A stretch of 64,000 nt of DNA. Origin: Eledone cirrhosa (taxonomy: Eukaryota). This document shows, piece after piece, positions 39,522-53,280 of this stretch (its first letter is position 1; each line of letters opens with the position of its first letter). The translations under genes and the position numbers were made by a program. The stretch spans positions 397,234,001-397,298,000 of the forward strand of contig OZ024740.1 in assembly GCA_964016885.1 (NCBI GenBank), read 5' to 3'. Under the pieces are notes generated by a model. That model was not told where the DNA came from. It saw only the letters and a program-made list of their open reading frames with translations, and did no database searches.

Positions 39522-41560
39522 CAGGGCCAGATTTAGACTATGGGGAGCTCGGGACACTTCTGGCATGGTGACCCTCCCCTTTTACACAAAAATTACAATA
39601 CACACCAAACCTACAAAATTACATATCTCCTATGCTTATTGCATGTAATTGGAATTGATAAGTTATACATACAAACGTTAAGTGCAAAAAACTGACCAGT
39701 AATACATATATGTAATGAGGAAATAGAGATACATACATAAACGTTAAATGGAAATATACATAATATATACACAATAGGTAAATGTTAAATGTTGTATATA
39801 AATGTACTGACAAGTTAGTGGCAAGGCTGCTACAAAGAATTTAGCAAACATACTAAAAGCTTAGGAAAAACGTATCAAATCCACCATAAAATGCTTAAAC
39901 ACATCTATCAATGCAAAACGTTACCTAAACTAAGTATAGTGAGTTATAATTACTTATAGTGATATGTATCGCTACAATACCCACAAAAAGACTTTCTTTC
40001 CACATCTGAAAAATCTTGAATGAAATTACTAAACAGCATCATTTTCAGAACACTACTTTCTACATCCTGTAAGCAGAGAACACTTAGTATTTTGTGGATC
40101 ATCATGTTTCTCAGTTATATCTTTATGAGTGCTAATTTGCTGAATGATCTTTCTCCTGAACACTTCCTAACTATATATCATAAGAACTCCATCAACACTT
40201 GCCAGTCATCATGAAGTAATACTACCTTGGGAAAGGTTGCAAAATGGATAATTTTCTTCCATCACCACATAACTGAACTCTCAGGCAATAATAAGTTCTT
40301 ATCTTTGTATCAGGTAAGCTACATAATTTCACAAGAGTTTTGAACTTATACACTACTTCATAGATTAACCTGCATTTTTGTAAGGCAGCAGACAACTGAT
40401 ATAAAATGATATTAATACATTAAAAGTCCTGCATCTGAGTTTGTCTCCTGGAAAACGAACTATTTCCTCTGAGACTGATGTCGGATTTGCTTTGTAGTTG
40501 GTGATGGCTCAGAAGTTCTTGGCTTTCAGTTTTAACACTTCGTACCTATCCAAAAAGCATTTTAGAAACTTTTGTGGAGAATCAATTAGATCAATCATTC
40601 TATTCAGGTCAATTTCAAATCCTTGAAATCTTTCTTTGTGCTGTTGAATTGTACACAGATTAAATTCCAGATTTTCACCAACAGCAATTTCCAGACAGTC
40701 CACTTTGTCTGCCAATGTCTGTGCTTCATATTTTGCTTCAGCTATTTGTTCCAAGTCACTTTCAATACCTTAGAGTATATTTTAAATGTAGTCACACCCA
40801 TTTACAAGGACTTCAGCTCTTGCTGACCAATGTGTGTTTGACAGATACTACACAATTAGTACTCGTTTCATACCTTCCAAAGATTTCATTATATTTTCTA
40901 ATCTACACATTGATGGAGAAAAAAATTGTATAACCTATGTATGAAGCCGAAATAACTGATAGCTTCATTGCAACATGAGGCACCAACCTGCTCAATTAGA
41001 TGTAATGAGTTATCAGCACAAGGGAAGAAAACAGCTGTTTGCAATGCTATATGACTGCACTCTGAAATCTTCAAAATCAATTCCATCTTTAAAAATTATA
41101 TCAGAGAGATAGCTAGGACTTCAGTCTTGTATGAACCAGCTTCCTAGAAACAACATATCACACAATAACTATTAATTAATCAACATGAGCCAGGTGGGCT
41201 GTCGGATCCACTGAAACTGAGAAGTACTGTATTTGATGCCATATAGTACATAGAACTTCTGACATATAGGACCCCCTCCCCATTTCAGCAGAGAATAGTT
41301 AGAAAAATCATTAGCCTACCAGATACCTAAATTTTGCAGATAAGACCTGTGATTTTTTTAACCATTTTTTTGTGGGGAGAGAGGGATCTCATATACTATC
41401 AAATCTGGTACTTTGAAGTATTAATTTCTGCCACATGTGATTATTAACATACTTTGCCATCAACAGAACAATTTTTTTCTTCACAGATTATTGATGATGA
41501 ATATGACTATTTACCACTTCCAAGTTTTCATAAGAAAAGGAAATTGTACTTACAATGAGA
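39522..41560 (-). mobile_element. Decayed hAT transposon (ZMYM1-like/Tip100-like transposase)
   Basis: Minus-strand fragments SVDPTAHLAHVD*L (DxTxDxSHxDQL), PCADNSLHL (CxxHxLNL), CCNEAISYFGFIHRLYNFF and LSNTHWSAR (LSxTRWSAR). TIR-like cagggccagatttaga at 39522. The right boundary is approximate. Confidence 0.75.
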
Positions 41561-41596
41561 ATCACAACTATAATTATTCACATATCTACTGTTCTT

Positions 41597-42490
41597 GTGA
41601 GTGAGAGTGAGGTATGTATTGGGAAATAGGGAGCAAGAGAGTATTTGTTGGTTTAGTGAAAGAGGGAAAATTAAGAGAGTGAAATAGACTGAGTTATGTA
41701 GTGAAATATAGAGAGGGGAAGAGAATTTGGTGGTCTAGTGGGAGAGGGGGAATTGTGAGAGAGAGTGAGGTATGTAGTGGTAAAGAGTGAGGGGGAGAGA
41801 ATTTGTTGCTTTAGTGAGAGAGGGGAAATGTGAGAGAGTGAGGGAGAATTGTGAAAGAGAGTAGGAGAGAGTTTGTTGGTTTAATGAGAGAGTGAGGTAT
41901 GTAGTGGTATATAGAGAGGGGTAGAGGATTTGGTGGTCTAGTGAGAAAATGGGCAATTGTGAGAGAGAGAGGTATGGTGTGAGATTTAGAGGGGGAGAAT
42001 TTGATTTTCTAGTGAGAGAGGTGGAATTGTAAGAGAGAGTGAGGTATGTAGAGGGATATAGAGAGCGGGAGAGAGTTTGGTAGTATAGTGAGAGAGGGAT
42101 AATTGTGAAAGCGATAGAGAATGAAGCATGTAGTGGAATATACTGAGGGGAAGAGGGTTTGGTGGGCTAGTGAGAGAGTGGGAATTACGAGAGTGATAGA
42201 GGTATGTACTGGTTTATAGAGAGGGGAGAGAATTTTGTCATCTAGTGTGAGAGGGGGAATTGTGAGAGTGGGGGAGAGTGAGGTATGTAGTGGAATATAG
42301 AGAGAGGAAGAGTGGTGTGGTTTAGTGAGAGCGGGGGAATTGTGAGAGTGAGAGAGTGGGGTATGTAGTCGGATATAGAGAGGGGGAGAGAGTTTGGTGG
42401 TTTAGTGAGAGAGGGAGGCATGTAGCGGTATGTGAAGAGGGTAAGAAAGGTATAATGTTTTAGTGAGAAAGGGGTAATATTTTGAGAGAA
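41597..42490. repeat. Purine-rich degenerate minisatellite (unit about 75-80 bp)
   Basis: Recurring gagagtgaggtatgtagtgg..agagagggg..tttggtggtctagtgagagagggggaattgtga, about 10-12 copies. Confidence 0.85.
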
Positions 42491-42865
42491 AGTGACAAAA
42501 TAATTGTAGGAGGGAAGAAAATGTTTTAATATTCGGTTTGACGGTAAAGCGGATGTGTATATAAGTGTGTGTGTTGATATGTGTGCGTGTGCGTGCGTGT
42601 TTGTATGTTTCTATATATATATGTGTGTGCGTGTTTGTTTATATGTATGTGTGTGCCCATGTGCGTGTGTATATGTGTGTGTGTTTCTGTTTGTATATAA
42701 ATATATATATATATATTTATTTATTAAAATAACAGATTAAAGTTTAAGCAAAGAATCGCTGCTTAAACTTTGCATATATATATGTATATACACACACACA
42801 CACATACATATATATATATATGTGTATGTGTGTGTGAGTTTATATATGTATTTATGTGTGTGAAA

Positions 42866-43178
42866 GTGCGTAATTAGTGTATTTGGCTGACAATCGTAGG
42901 GTCGTGAGTTCGATTCCTGGCGGTGCGTTCTGTCCTTGAGCAAGACGCTTTATTTCACGTTACTCCAGTCCACTCAACTGGCAAAAATGAGTTGTACGTG
43001 TAATTCGAAGGACCAGCCATGTCAAACACTATGTTACACTGAATGTCCCTGAGAACTACGTTAAGGGTACGCGTGTCTGTGGAATGCTCAACCACTTGCA
43101 CTTTAATTTCACTAGTAGGCTGTTCCATTGATAGTATCAACTGGAACACTCATCGTCGTAACCGACGGAGTGACTCCA
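42866..43178 (+). mobile_element. tRNA-derived SINE with a CORE/Meta-like central domain
   Basis: B box gagttcgattcc (about 42907-42918) followed by tgtccttgagcaagac. Flanked by microsatellites; related fragment at about 21610-21730 (minus). Confidence 0.75.
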
Positions 43179-43280
43179 TTTATATATATGTGTGTGTGTG
43201 TGTTTATATATGTGTGTATGCCTGTGTGTGTTTATATACATGTGTGTGTGTGTCTATGTATATATAGATATGTGAGTGTG

Positions 43281-43319
<39 letters not shown>

Positions 43320-45977
43320 GTGAGGTTTTTTTTTACAAAATGAAAAATAACCGAGGTGTCCTACACGAGTGAAAGTATAAAGAAAAAAAGATGTAATCGA
43401 AAATGCATTTTCAATTTCATCTTTTTTTCTTTATATATATATATATATATTTATTTATTCATTTAAATATATATATATGTGTGTGCGTTTGTGTGTGTGT
43501 GTGAGTATGTAAGTATATATATATATTTATATTTATATACATATATATATTTAGAAGGGATAAGGTGGTGTGTCGTTACTAAAAACGGGTGTTTAGAAAT
43601 ATAAGGAAAACACTAACAAAGGACATATCCCCTCTTCAGTTGTCTGCTGTGGGTCTCAGATGTTTCGATGCACCAAAGACAATACGTCTATCCACAGTGC
43701 GTCAATAACTGGAAAGTTATTGGTGAAAGAAAAGACAAGGAGGCGATGGTGAAGAGATTATTTTCTTTCTCTTAACTAGCATTGTAGTGAATCTGGCAAC
43801 CTAGCATTGCTTCTTTACTATATTCACTATCCACGTAAACACTTTTTGAAGAACATTTACCATCACATTGAATCAATTCTATTAGAAGTCAATTTTCTCA
43901 CTAAAATTCCTTTGAATATCTCTATCAGTGAAACTCAACAACACTTCAATGTATCTCATATAAATTAAGAATTCTATCTCCTATACCGGAACTAACCAGT
44001 ATGATTCTAATTTACTTTAACTATCACATTTTTTATTAGAAGTTAACAAGCACTTAACATGTCACAATTCTAACTTTTTAACTTTACTGTTCTTTCAATA
44101 AAATATTTTATTTCATTAACTCAATTCACTGTAGCTTCTGATACTAAGCTGTATATTTTAAAGTGTGTATATTTATCTAAATATTCCATCATTTGTTAAG
44201 TTATACTCCAATCACCAGCCTATTATTGAGAAAGTTATATTATTAAATTCTTCCCAAATTTTTATTATTTTCAAAATAATTTGAAAATTATAGGCAGAGT
44301 CTTTCATTATAAATCGATAACAAAAGAATTTAATTCATTACAATCCAACAACATCTTCTTGAAGCTAGCTTTTAAAATTAGCCAAATCTAGTGAGAACTT
44401 AAATTCCAGCAAGCAAAGAATTCATTCATCAATGACACCTTGAAACTTTATAAGAATTTACATGATAAGCAGATGCATTTTTATTCAACAATACAGTGTA
44501 TCACCTGCTCTACAGATGACTACTTTTTCAAACAGCCTATCTCTTTTACTTCAAGCTAAATATTCCCTTTCTCTGCTAATCTCTATTGCTAGTTCTGTAA
44601 ATAAATTTAAAATAAACCTTATAATAATAGCAACTATTTTCAAAAGCTAACCAACTTCTGAAGTGAATAGCTATTGGTGCTAATTACTTTCATCCATGAC
44701 GTTGGGCTTACACAGACTCACTGGTAATTTACTTGGAAAGAAAGATTTATGGAAAAACTAAATAATTGAGCTTGGTGTTGTGTGACTGGAAACACTCAAG
44801 GTCACAGCCAACTGATCAGAACCTCAGATCAACTTCTATTCATCTGATGATAAAAACAATTTGCATTGCTGCAACTATAAAATGCTGTGAAGCAGTCTTT
44901 GTTATCATCAACAAAAGAAAAGCTTTCCTCTGAAAATAAATAGAATAATAGGAATTGGAATTACTGAAGCATCAAACAATGGGTGGTTCAAAGAAAACCA
45001 AATCAGCAGAACAGTTTCCATTGACACAATCCAATAAAGACATCTTTACAAGGTCACTAAGCCTGCTAGAATTAACAAATCATTCTCATATTTCATCCTA
45101 CTACCTTAAAAAAGAAGGGATAAATTATTTCATGTAGTTCTATATACATTGTCTAAAAAGAGGGGATGGTCACAGTTGGAATATTTTGATCATAGGTCTA
45201 CTTAATTAATGCTAACCTGAGTCTAAACAATAAATTTCCACTCTTAGTTAAAATGGTAGGGAGGTTAAAGTATTGCACTTTTACATCATGCTTTGGATTT
45301 CAAATATTTCTACCACTACAGTCATAATTTGCTTTGCCTCAGTTTACTTGTTTGTCAAAACAGATTTCCCTTCTACAATAAAGACTGTAAAAAGTACTAT
45401 AACCATAATACTAACATTTGCAAAGTAAAAAGCCTCCCATCCACACAAGCTAGTATGAAAATGTATATATAAAGCAGAAACAAATGACTTTTACTTTCAT
45501 TGTTAATATCCTTGCATGAACATCACAACTTCCCATATATTTACTTCACTGGATGCTGTAGATACTGAAAAACATTATAAAGTAAATACCATGTTTTTTG
45601 TTTGTTTTTTTTTATAACAGAGAGGAAAAGGTAGCATCCATGATTAGCACCTATAGGCCAGATGTCTTAAATCAGGTGAAAGTCTATAAATTGAATCCCA
45701 TGCATTTGGTATTATTTAAATGCCTTATATTTAATTTATATTATGTAGTAAATGTGAAATAGATTAAAATAGTGTACATGTGCTTTCATAGCACATCATG
45801 ATTATATGTAATTGCTATTTTATTTTTCATAAATAAAACCAGTAGTTTTAGTAATGTATTAACCCAAATTAACCCATTACTTGCAGCTGAAGACTACCTG
45901 TGAAAACCATATTTCCACTGAGACTTCAGCACTGAATTTACAGATGTTGATTCACTGGCTGGAGCTAGCTCAATTAA

Positions 45978-46173
45978 CTCTTTAGCATTTCAATCAGCCA
46001 TATCTGGCCAGAATTCTCTCAACGCTTTCTGTTCAAACCGGCTGTAACCGGCTGCTCATATTGATGTTAGGGTATTATTCTTAAAATAAATGATATCAAA
46101 ATCTCATCGATTCAATATTATGTGATGTAAATATAGAGTAATGTAAATATAGAGTAATGTAAACGTTAAAGGG
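45978..46173. mobile_element. TTAA-flanked MITE (piggyBac-like), degenerate right end
   Basis: Starts TTAA-ctctttagcattt; inverted homologue of 59591-59792. Confidence 0.65.
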
Positions 46174-46520
46174 ATAATGTGGACATAGACAAAGAAACAA
46201 ACAAAATCAACCCAGATCAAAGCCACACAACCCTTGAACACCTCATTTTCTGAGATATACTGTATTTATTTTTACATTAACCAATGTATCTTCCCTTTCT
46301 ATGATTTGAGAGGAATTTGGTTACTATCAAATGACTATAGAGATCAAATGACTACACAGAGGCTCCCTTGTTGACTGGACAATATTAATATACAGAAGGT
46401 GATTGAATTAGTTATATACACTAAGAACTAACAAAAAACTGAACTTCTGAGTAGGTAAAAGAATTTATTATTTATCAAAGCATTACATGTCCTATCTTTC
46501 TTTCTTCCAAACAACTATAT

Positions 46521-46562
<42 letters not shown>

Positions 46563-46919
46563 ACTCCTCTTTTCTTCTCTCACTTCTTTCTCTTCTCTTC
46601 TCTTCTCTTCCTCTCTTCTGTCCATCTTTCTTCTCTCTACCATTCTCCTCTTTTCCACCTTTCTCTAGGTTTGCTTGATCAGGGTTGACCAGGAGCTTAA
46701 CAATAACAATTAATAATGAGGTATCCTAATAATTAAACATGCAAGTGTAGAGGTGAAAACTCCAATTAAAATACTGATACATCATCTATAGTTTGGACAA
46801 TGTAGCAACCGAAACCAATTCTGACGGAAAAATTGTCTTCTACAATTTTGAACAAAGAATATATCTTGATATATAAGATATTGAGTTCTCAGCATTCTTA
46901 ATGCTGCTTTTACAGTTAT

Positions 46920-46960
46920 AGTTGCTATCATTATCCCTGACAGGGATAATGATAGCAACT
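46920..46960. repeat. Perfect palindrome with 20-bp arms and a 1-nt spacer
   Basis: agttgctatcattatccctg-a-cagggataatgatagcaact. Confidence 0.95.
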
Positions 46961-47689
46961 TTTAGTAATTTCCTTAAACTGACTTAAACTAGAAATATTG
47001 ATGAAAGTTTATATTTCTCCTGCTGTTTATACACATATATGTACATACACAGACAGGTCCACATATACATACATGCACATGCACATAATCCCATAAAGGA
47101 ACTTCCAATATCCATATATCATATAACCTTCAACTAGCAATAACCATGCCTCGGAAAACCTTTATTGGCCATAATTCTGCCTCTACATCATATAGAAGGA
47201 AATGGAAAAGGGCACTGATTTTATGGAAAAGTGTGCTATATAGGGTATAAGAGGCTGCAAGTTTGTTTATTATATATGAGGTGTGGATCACAGGGAATTA
47301 AACTGTGTATGATTTACAATAAAATGAAAAAATCCTTCAAAACAAGGTTATTTAATTGAAATCATTATCCTCCTCATCATTTTACATATTTTCCATTTTA
47401 AACATTTGAGAAAGAAAACTTATTTGATACAAAGCATTACATTAGGGATTAGAATTAGTTCTTGATAATCATTCTAATATATATGTATCATATGGGGTGT
47501 ACAAAATGTAGAACAGTTTCAGAATTAAAAGGTTTACAAAAATATTCAAGGGATTTCAAGAGGAAATTATTCAAAATTTGTGTTTTCCCCACATATGTTT
47601 TAAATGTGTGAAAGAATAACCCTAAAAACATGAAAAATGAAAAAATCCTTCAAAACAATGTTATTATAAATCATTAGTAGAAACAATTA

Positions 47690-48715
47690 TCTATAAAAGG
47701 CAGATTGTTGTTGTGTGTGCATGTTCCATGTTTATACATTTGCACAATTTCAAACCGATTCAACTCAAAGTCTGTAAGAATGTTGTAAATAGTCTAACTT
47801 AGGTCAACGACTATTTATTTATTTCAAACTCACCCACAATTACGGAAATAATCGATAAAACTAAATACATGACGCTTTACCCCTCTAATAAATCTGATAA
47901 CCTCTCTCTACTCCCCTTAAAATTCGATAAAACTACATACATGCTGCAACTTTCTCTTATATACGCTTAAACTTACAAACTTCCTTTAGGAACGCCGAAG
48001 AAAGAAGAGAGAAAGAAATGGAGAGAGAGAGTGAGAGAGAGTGAGAGAGAGAGAGAACGTTTGTTTTTTAGTGTGGAATGGTCAAACATTTATTTACTTC
48101 AATGACAACAATTATTCAAAAGCAACAGATAAATTTATTCAACAACAACAAAAAATAGCGGTAAATCTTTTTTAAAACATCTCTCAACGAACGTGGAAGA
48201 AAGAAATATCAGTTTATTTACTATACACAATAATATCCTCTATGAGGTCACTAAACCTGCTAGAAATAGCAGCTAACTCTCTCCTATATCACACCCCTCC
48301 CTACTATCTTAAATTTAGAAAACACATATCCTCTATGAGGTCACTAAACCTGCTAGAAACAGCAGCTAACTCTCCCCCATATCACACCCCTCCCTACTGT
48401 CTTAAATTTAGAAAACACACATTAGACAACCATGCAGAACAACTCCATCGCAGCTCTGTTGTTCGGCTGGCATCGTCTACGCGCGTGTTGCGCAAGTACT
48501 GTGAAACAATAAATTTTAACACTTCTTTGCACAGAGATAATATCCATAGGCGAAACTACAATTGTCACTGCTGGTGCAGCTCCTGCTTCGGCAGTCCAGG
48601 TCTGCAATTCATTCACCCAGTGCCTGGCAGAAAAAAAAGTGCTGCCATAAAATAGGTGGTGCAACCTAACTTTGGTAACTTACTGACCCCGAGCAACGCC
48701 GGGCTTTAATGCTAG
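47690..48715 (+). mobile_element. Non-autonomous Helitron
   Basis: A|TC 5' end, subterminal hairpin cccgagcaacgccggg (48688-48703), CTAG|T 3' end and no TSD. The 5' boundary is less certain than the 3' one. Confidence 0.78.
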
Positions 48716-50699
48716 TTCTAAATAAAAATTGAATATTATTGAATGTATTTGTTTGATACTTATGTAACCTTTATCATTTTTAACTTGCTCTGGTAATCTT
48801 TTTATAATAACCACATTCTTGTCTTAGAATTTATCTAGTTTACATTTAGTCAACTCCTTTTTTCCCCAAGATTTTCCCAGTAATTTTTCAAAACCAAAAC
48901 TTATTGGAACCTCGGTTCACAAACTTAATTCATTCTTGAGTCATTAAAATGTGAGATAAAATGTTTTGCAGTATTTATTCTGGTCTTCTGTGCTCCCTGA
49001 GTTCAAATCTAACTAAGGTCAACTTTCGTCCTTTCGAGATAAAAAAAAAGTATCAGTCTAGCACTGGAGTTGATTCTTCCTCCATATCTTTTTCTCACTT
49101 CATCTCTTTCACTCTCTTTCTTCTCTGGAAGAACTCGACTGTGTTCAGAGCTGAAGAGGGGATGGGTCTACCACATTTGAAATGCCCAAGACATTGTATG
49201 TGTCACTACAGCAGTCTTTCTTGGAGCTATACTTTGAAAGATGAAGCTTCCACCTTTTTGTTCTGTTATTGTTTGCCTGTAGAGCTAGCTTTTAAATTGC
49301 TTGAAATTCTTTGAATTATTTATCAGCTGCCAGTAAATTAGACTAATGGAAAATCAAGATATGGAAATTTCTTTATTGCCTTGTTATTTTATTATTCTAA
49401 TTCTGACTTTATTTACACCTCTTTTAACTTCTTGTTTTGGTTTTGCAGATTTTATTGTAGCTTATTTCTTCTCACATATTTTACTGTTGCACTTCTATTT
49501 CTTTTCAGAGTTTCAGAGTAATCAAATGTTTTTCTTGTAAAAGTAATTAGCTAAGTCAAAGTAATGCTGAACCAATTGGCAGTAATTTTTCTCCCATTAG
49601 GCCATGCTTAAGCTAATTCAACTTCAACAGATTCAGAATAATCCTAGATATATGGAACTATTTTTTACTTCACCTTATGATTCTATTTATTAGCTAGTCA
49701 AGGTGGGAAGGGCTCATGAAAAGCCATTGTGATGCTAAACTTCATTTTCTCTGTATTTTCTACCACTACTATAATGGCTTCTGCTCCTTAGGAGCATGTT
49801 TGTCTCATGTTATTTTCATGCAGGCACTCTAAATTCATTCGTTTCTCCTACTTTGATAACCCATTTTTTGTCCAACCTCCAGGTCCTGCACTAACCTTCA
49901 TGCCTTTTCCTTCCTGTTCAGGATGTCTGCCCTCAAGGCTTATGTCTGCCCTCGGCTTATGTCTTTCCTGCAGGCATTGACTTGCAACAGATTGTTAATA
50001 GCACAAATTTCATCAGTCTTACATAGCCTACAAATGCAATGGCACCGTCCCTTCCTTCAGACTTAGCAAATAAAAAAGATAGTCTAGTGCAAATGAGCAC
50101 ATAATTTTCTGGAAATGTTATCTACAAAATACTGGCATCCTATCCAGCAGAAAATTCCTTTCATCTACTTAACCATTTTGATAGCAAACTGCCTGGTTCT
50201 ATGATACAAAATTGTTCATTTTAAAGTTTTTATATGTATCTAAAAACGTTCCATCGCCGTTTTATTTTAAATTCTTTGTTATGTTTCAAACATAAGTTTA
50301 ATAACAAGAAAGTTAGATATATTACTAAATACTTTCATGTTCTTGATTATTTTCATTAAAAATCTAGTAATAATATAACTGAAATAAAAGTTTAACTGAA
50401 ATAAAAATTTAACTGAAATAAAAATGTTAAACTGGTTTTATGATCTCATGAGGATTGTAGAAACATTTATCATTGTCATTTACAAATGATTCTACATACA
50501 ATGATTGCACTATAATAACAAAAAGTTAAGAGACTACTCATAACCAAATACCTAAACAAATATTTAAATATATGACTTAAAGAAAGCTGTCACTGATATT
50601 TTGTGATATTTCTGGCGTGAGATTCAAGATGAGGATTTGATAAACAACTAAGTATTTTGAAATGAAGAGAGAATACTCATTTCATTGGTGAATATATGC

Positions 50700-53280
50700 T
50701 ATATTCTTTATTTGTAAGCTAATAAACATTGTCATGTAGAGTTGTAAAGCTCTTCTCATTGTCATTAAATTTGTGTTCTCTACTGTAGATGAAGACCCTG
50801 AGAAAATGAGTCTGGGCAGAATGACAATGAATGGTCATGTGTACAGTGTAGTTTTAAATCGATTTACTTCTGTCAAGAAGTACATTGAGAAGAGCAAGTT
50901 ATATTTTTATTTCCTAATAACTGAATTGATTATATTTCGATAGCTATGTTTTCTTATTTGGTGTGATCTTATTAAAATATTGCATAAGTTTGCACTATCA
51001 GATTTCATATATTTCTTTGCTCTGAGATTATTACAACAATGTTAACTATGTTATAGACAAAATCTTCATATAAAATACTTGCTGTGAGACTTCCAACAAT
51101 ATTTTTTATAATATCAATTATTGTATTTTGTTTTTTACAAAAGTTCTCTTTGAAGAAATTATTAGTTTTTATTGTCTCTGGCTTTATATTTTCACTTTTA
51201 CAATTTTTTCTACATCAAATACACTGCTTCTAGTCTATTGAACTATTTCATTTCCTGTTCAAAATATTTATTTAGTAACATTTCCAATACATTTTGTACC
51301 TGAATAACAAGTATGATATTTTAGAATGAAATTATCACTAGTGTTTAATTATTATGAACAAGAAAATATTTTATATTTTATTATTTTTAGTCATTTAAAT
51401 TGCCTGATAGTATCTTAGATATGTGTTTGAGAAATGTCTTCAGCAATATATATATTCTGCTTACAACTTCAATGTCTTCAGAATATTCATTTCTCAAAAG
51501 AAGCCTTACAAAATTAAATAGATAGAGATTTCAAATAAATTACTATTTTTTTAATTTCCATAACATTTACATTAATTCTTAATCAATTAAATGAATTGAC
51601 CGGGGTGAAGTTCTTTAAAAGAACATTTGATGAGTTAAAAAGGAGAAATGCTTGAAATAGTAGAAATAATAGAAGCACATGATTTTGGAGTTGTGTAATC
51701 ATTCAAAACATACTTCCTTTCTCGCCCATCAAATAAATGTTAATGCAGGATTTCTTCTGATCATTTGAAATTACTGGAACAAGATTTACTACATAATTTG
51801 TGACAAAGATAGCTCAAGGTCTGTTTTAAAATTCAATGATTTCATTAATAAAGATATACTATTTTCTATATTTAAACATTGATAAATATAGAATTAATAT
51901 ATATCAATTAATAGTATTACTGTCATGCAGAGTTGTACAGTTCTTCTCTTTGCCATTAAAGTTTGGTTCTTTACTATAAATACATTATACTATATATGGT
52001 GCCTGTTTAGGTGTGTCTAACTTCAATGACTCTGAATCATCAAATGCATAAGTTTGAATTGGTTAACTTTTGTCAAGAAATACATTAAGAAAAGCATGAA
52101 CATTACAAATTCTCATATTTTCATTTTCTAAAGACTTGAATTTCCTGTTTTAGAAATAATTATATTACAATATCTACATTTTCTTGTTTGCTTTGATATT
52201 AACAAAATATCGCATGACAAGTCTGTACTATCGGATTATTACAATAATGTTCACCATGTTATAGACAAGATCTATACAGCAATATCTTCATATCTAGCCA
52301 CTTGCTGTGAGGCTTCCAACAATATTTTCTATAATATCAATTATTGTATTTTGTTTTTCTAGAATTTCTCTTTGATAAAATTATTAGTTTTTATTCCTTC
52401 ACTGGTTTTACTATATTTTTACTTTTACAAATTTTTAATGATAACAAATACACTGCTTCCAGCCTAGTGAACTATTTCATTTCTTGTTCAAATAATTATT
52501 TATTTAGTAACATTTCCAATAAATTTTGTACCTGTATAACAAGTTTGATATTTTTTAATTATTATGAACAGAAAATATTTTATATTTCCCTGCAAAATAT
52601 TTATTATTTTTAGTCATTCACATTTCCTGATCTTATTTTAGATATGTCAGTTTCATTTGCAAAATTTCTTCTGCAACATATATAACCACTGAGTGGCAAA
52701 AATATGTTGCTTAAATTACATTGAAATGTATTTACATAGGATTTTTGTTGTAAGGATTTATCATAACAGAATGACATTTTCAATCTTTAAAAAAAAAAAA
52801 ATATCATTTAGATAATAAAGAAGCATCTATTCTCCTTTTGTTTTCAGTTTATCTAATTTCATTTTATTTTTATAAATTTCATTCTTTTAGTTTAACCCCA
52901 TTGTTTTTTAATCTGAAAATTCACAAATATATTCTGCTTAAAACTTCAATGTCTTCAGAACATTATTTCTCAGAAGAAACCTTACAAAGTAAATGGGAGA
53001 TTTCAAATGAAATACTATTTTGTAACTTCTATAGCATTTACATTAATTCAATGATTATATTGGCAGGGAGAAGATTCTCACAAAAAGTGTTTGCTGAATT
53101 AAAGAGAAATTCTAAAAATAGCAGAGATAATAGAAATACAAGATTTTGGAGTTTGGTCAGTCATTGATAACATATCTTCCATTATCCATCTAATAAATGT
53201 CAATACAGGATTTCCTTTCATCATTTAAAATTACTGGATCAACATTAACAATATAATTTGTGACAAAGATAACTCAAGGT
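50700..53280. repeat. Old tandem duplication (unit about 1.2-1.4 kb)
   Basis: Colinear matched blocks at 50730/51921, 51026/52234, 51078/52300, 51452/52928 and 51791/53250. Confidence 0.85.

Noticed and set aside
41597-42490. CRISPR-like repeat-spacer array
   Set aside because: Whole units are degenerate repeats with no unique spacers, and the context is eukaryotic with no cas genes.
42866-42925. tRNA gene
   Set aside because: A B box is present but there is no cloverleaf, and it continues into a SINE body.
43615-43710. Hammerhead on the minus strand (CTGAAGA and GAAAC both present)
   Set aside because: The motifs are in an order and context where the stems do not close into one fold.
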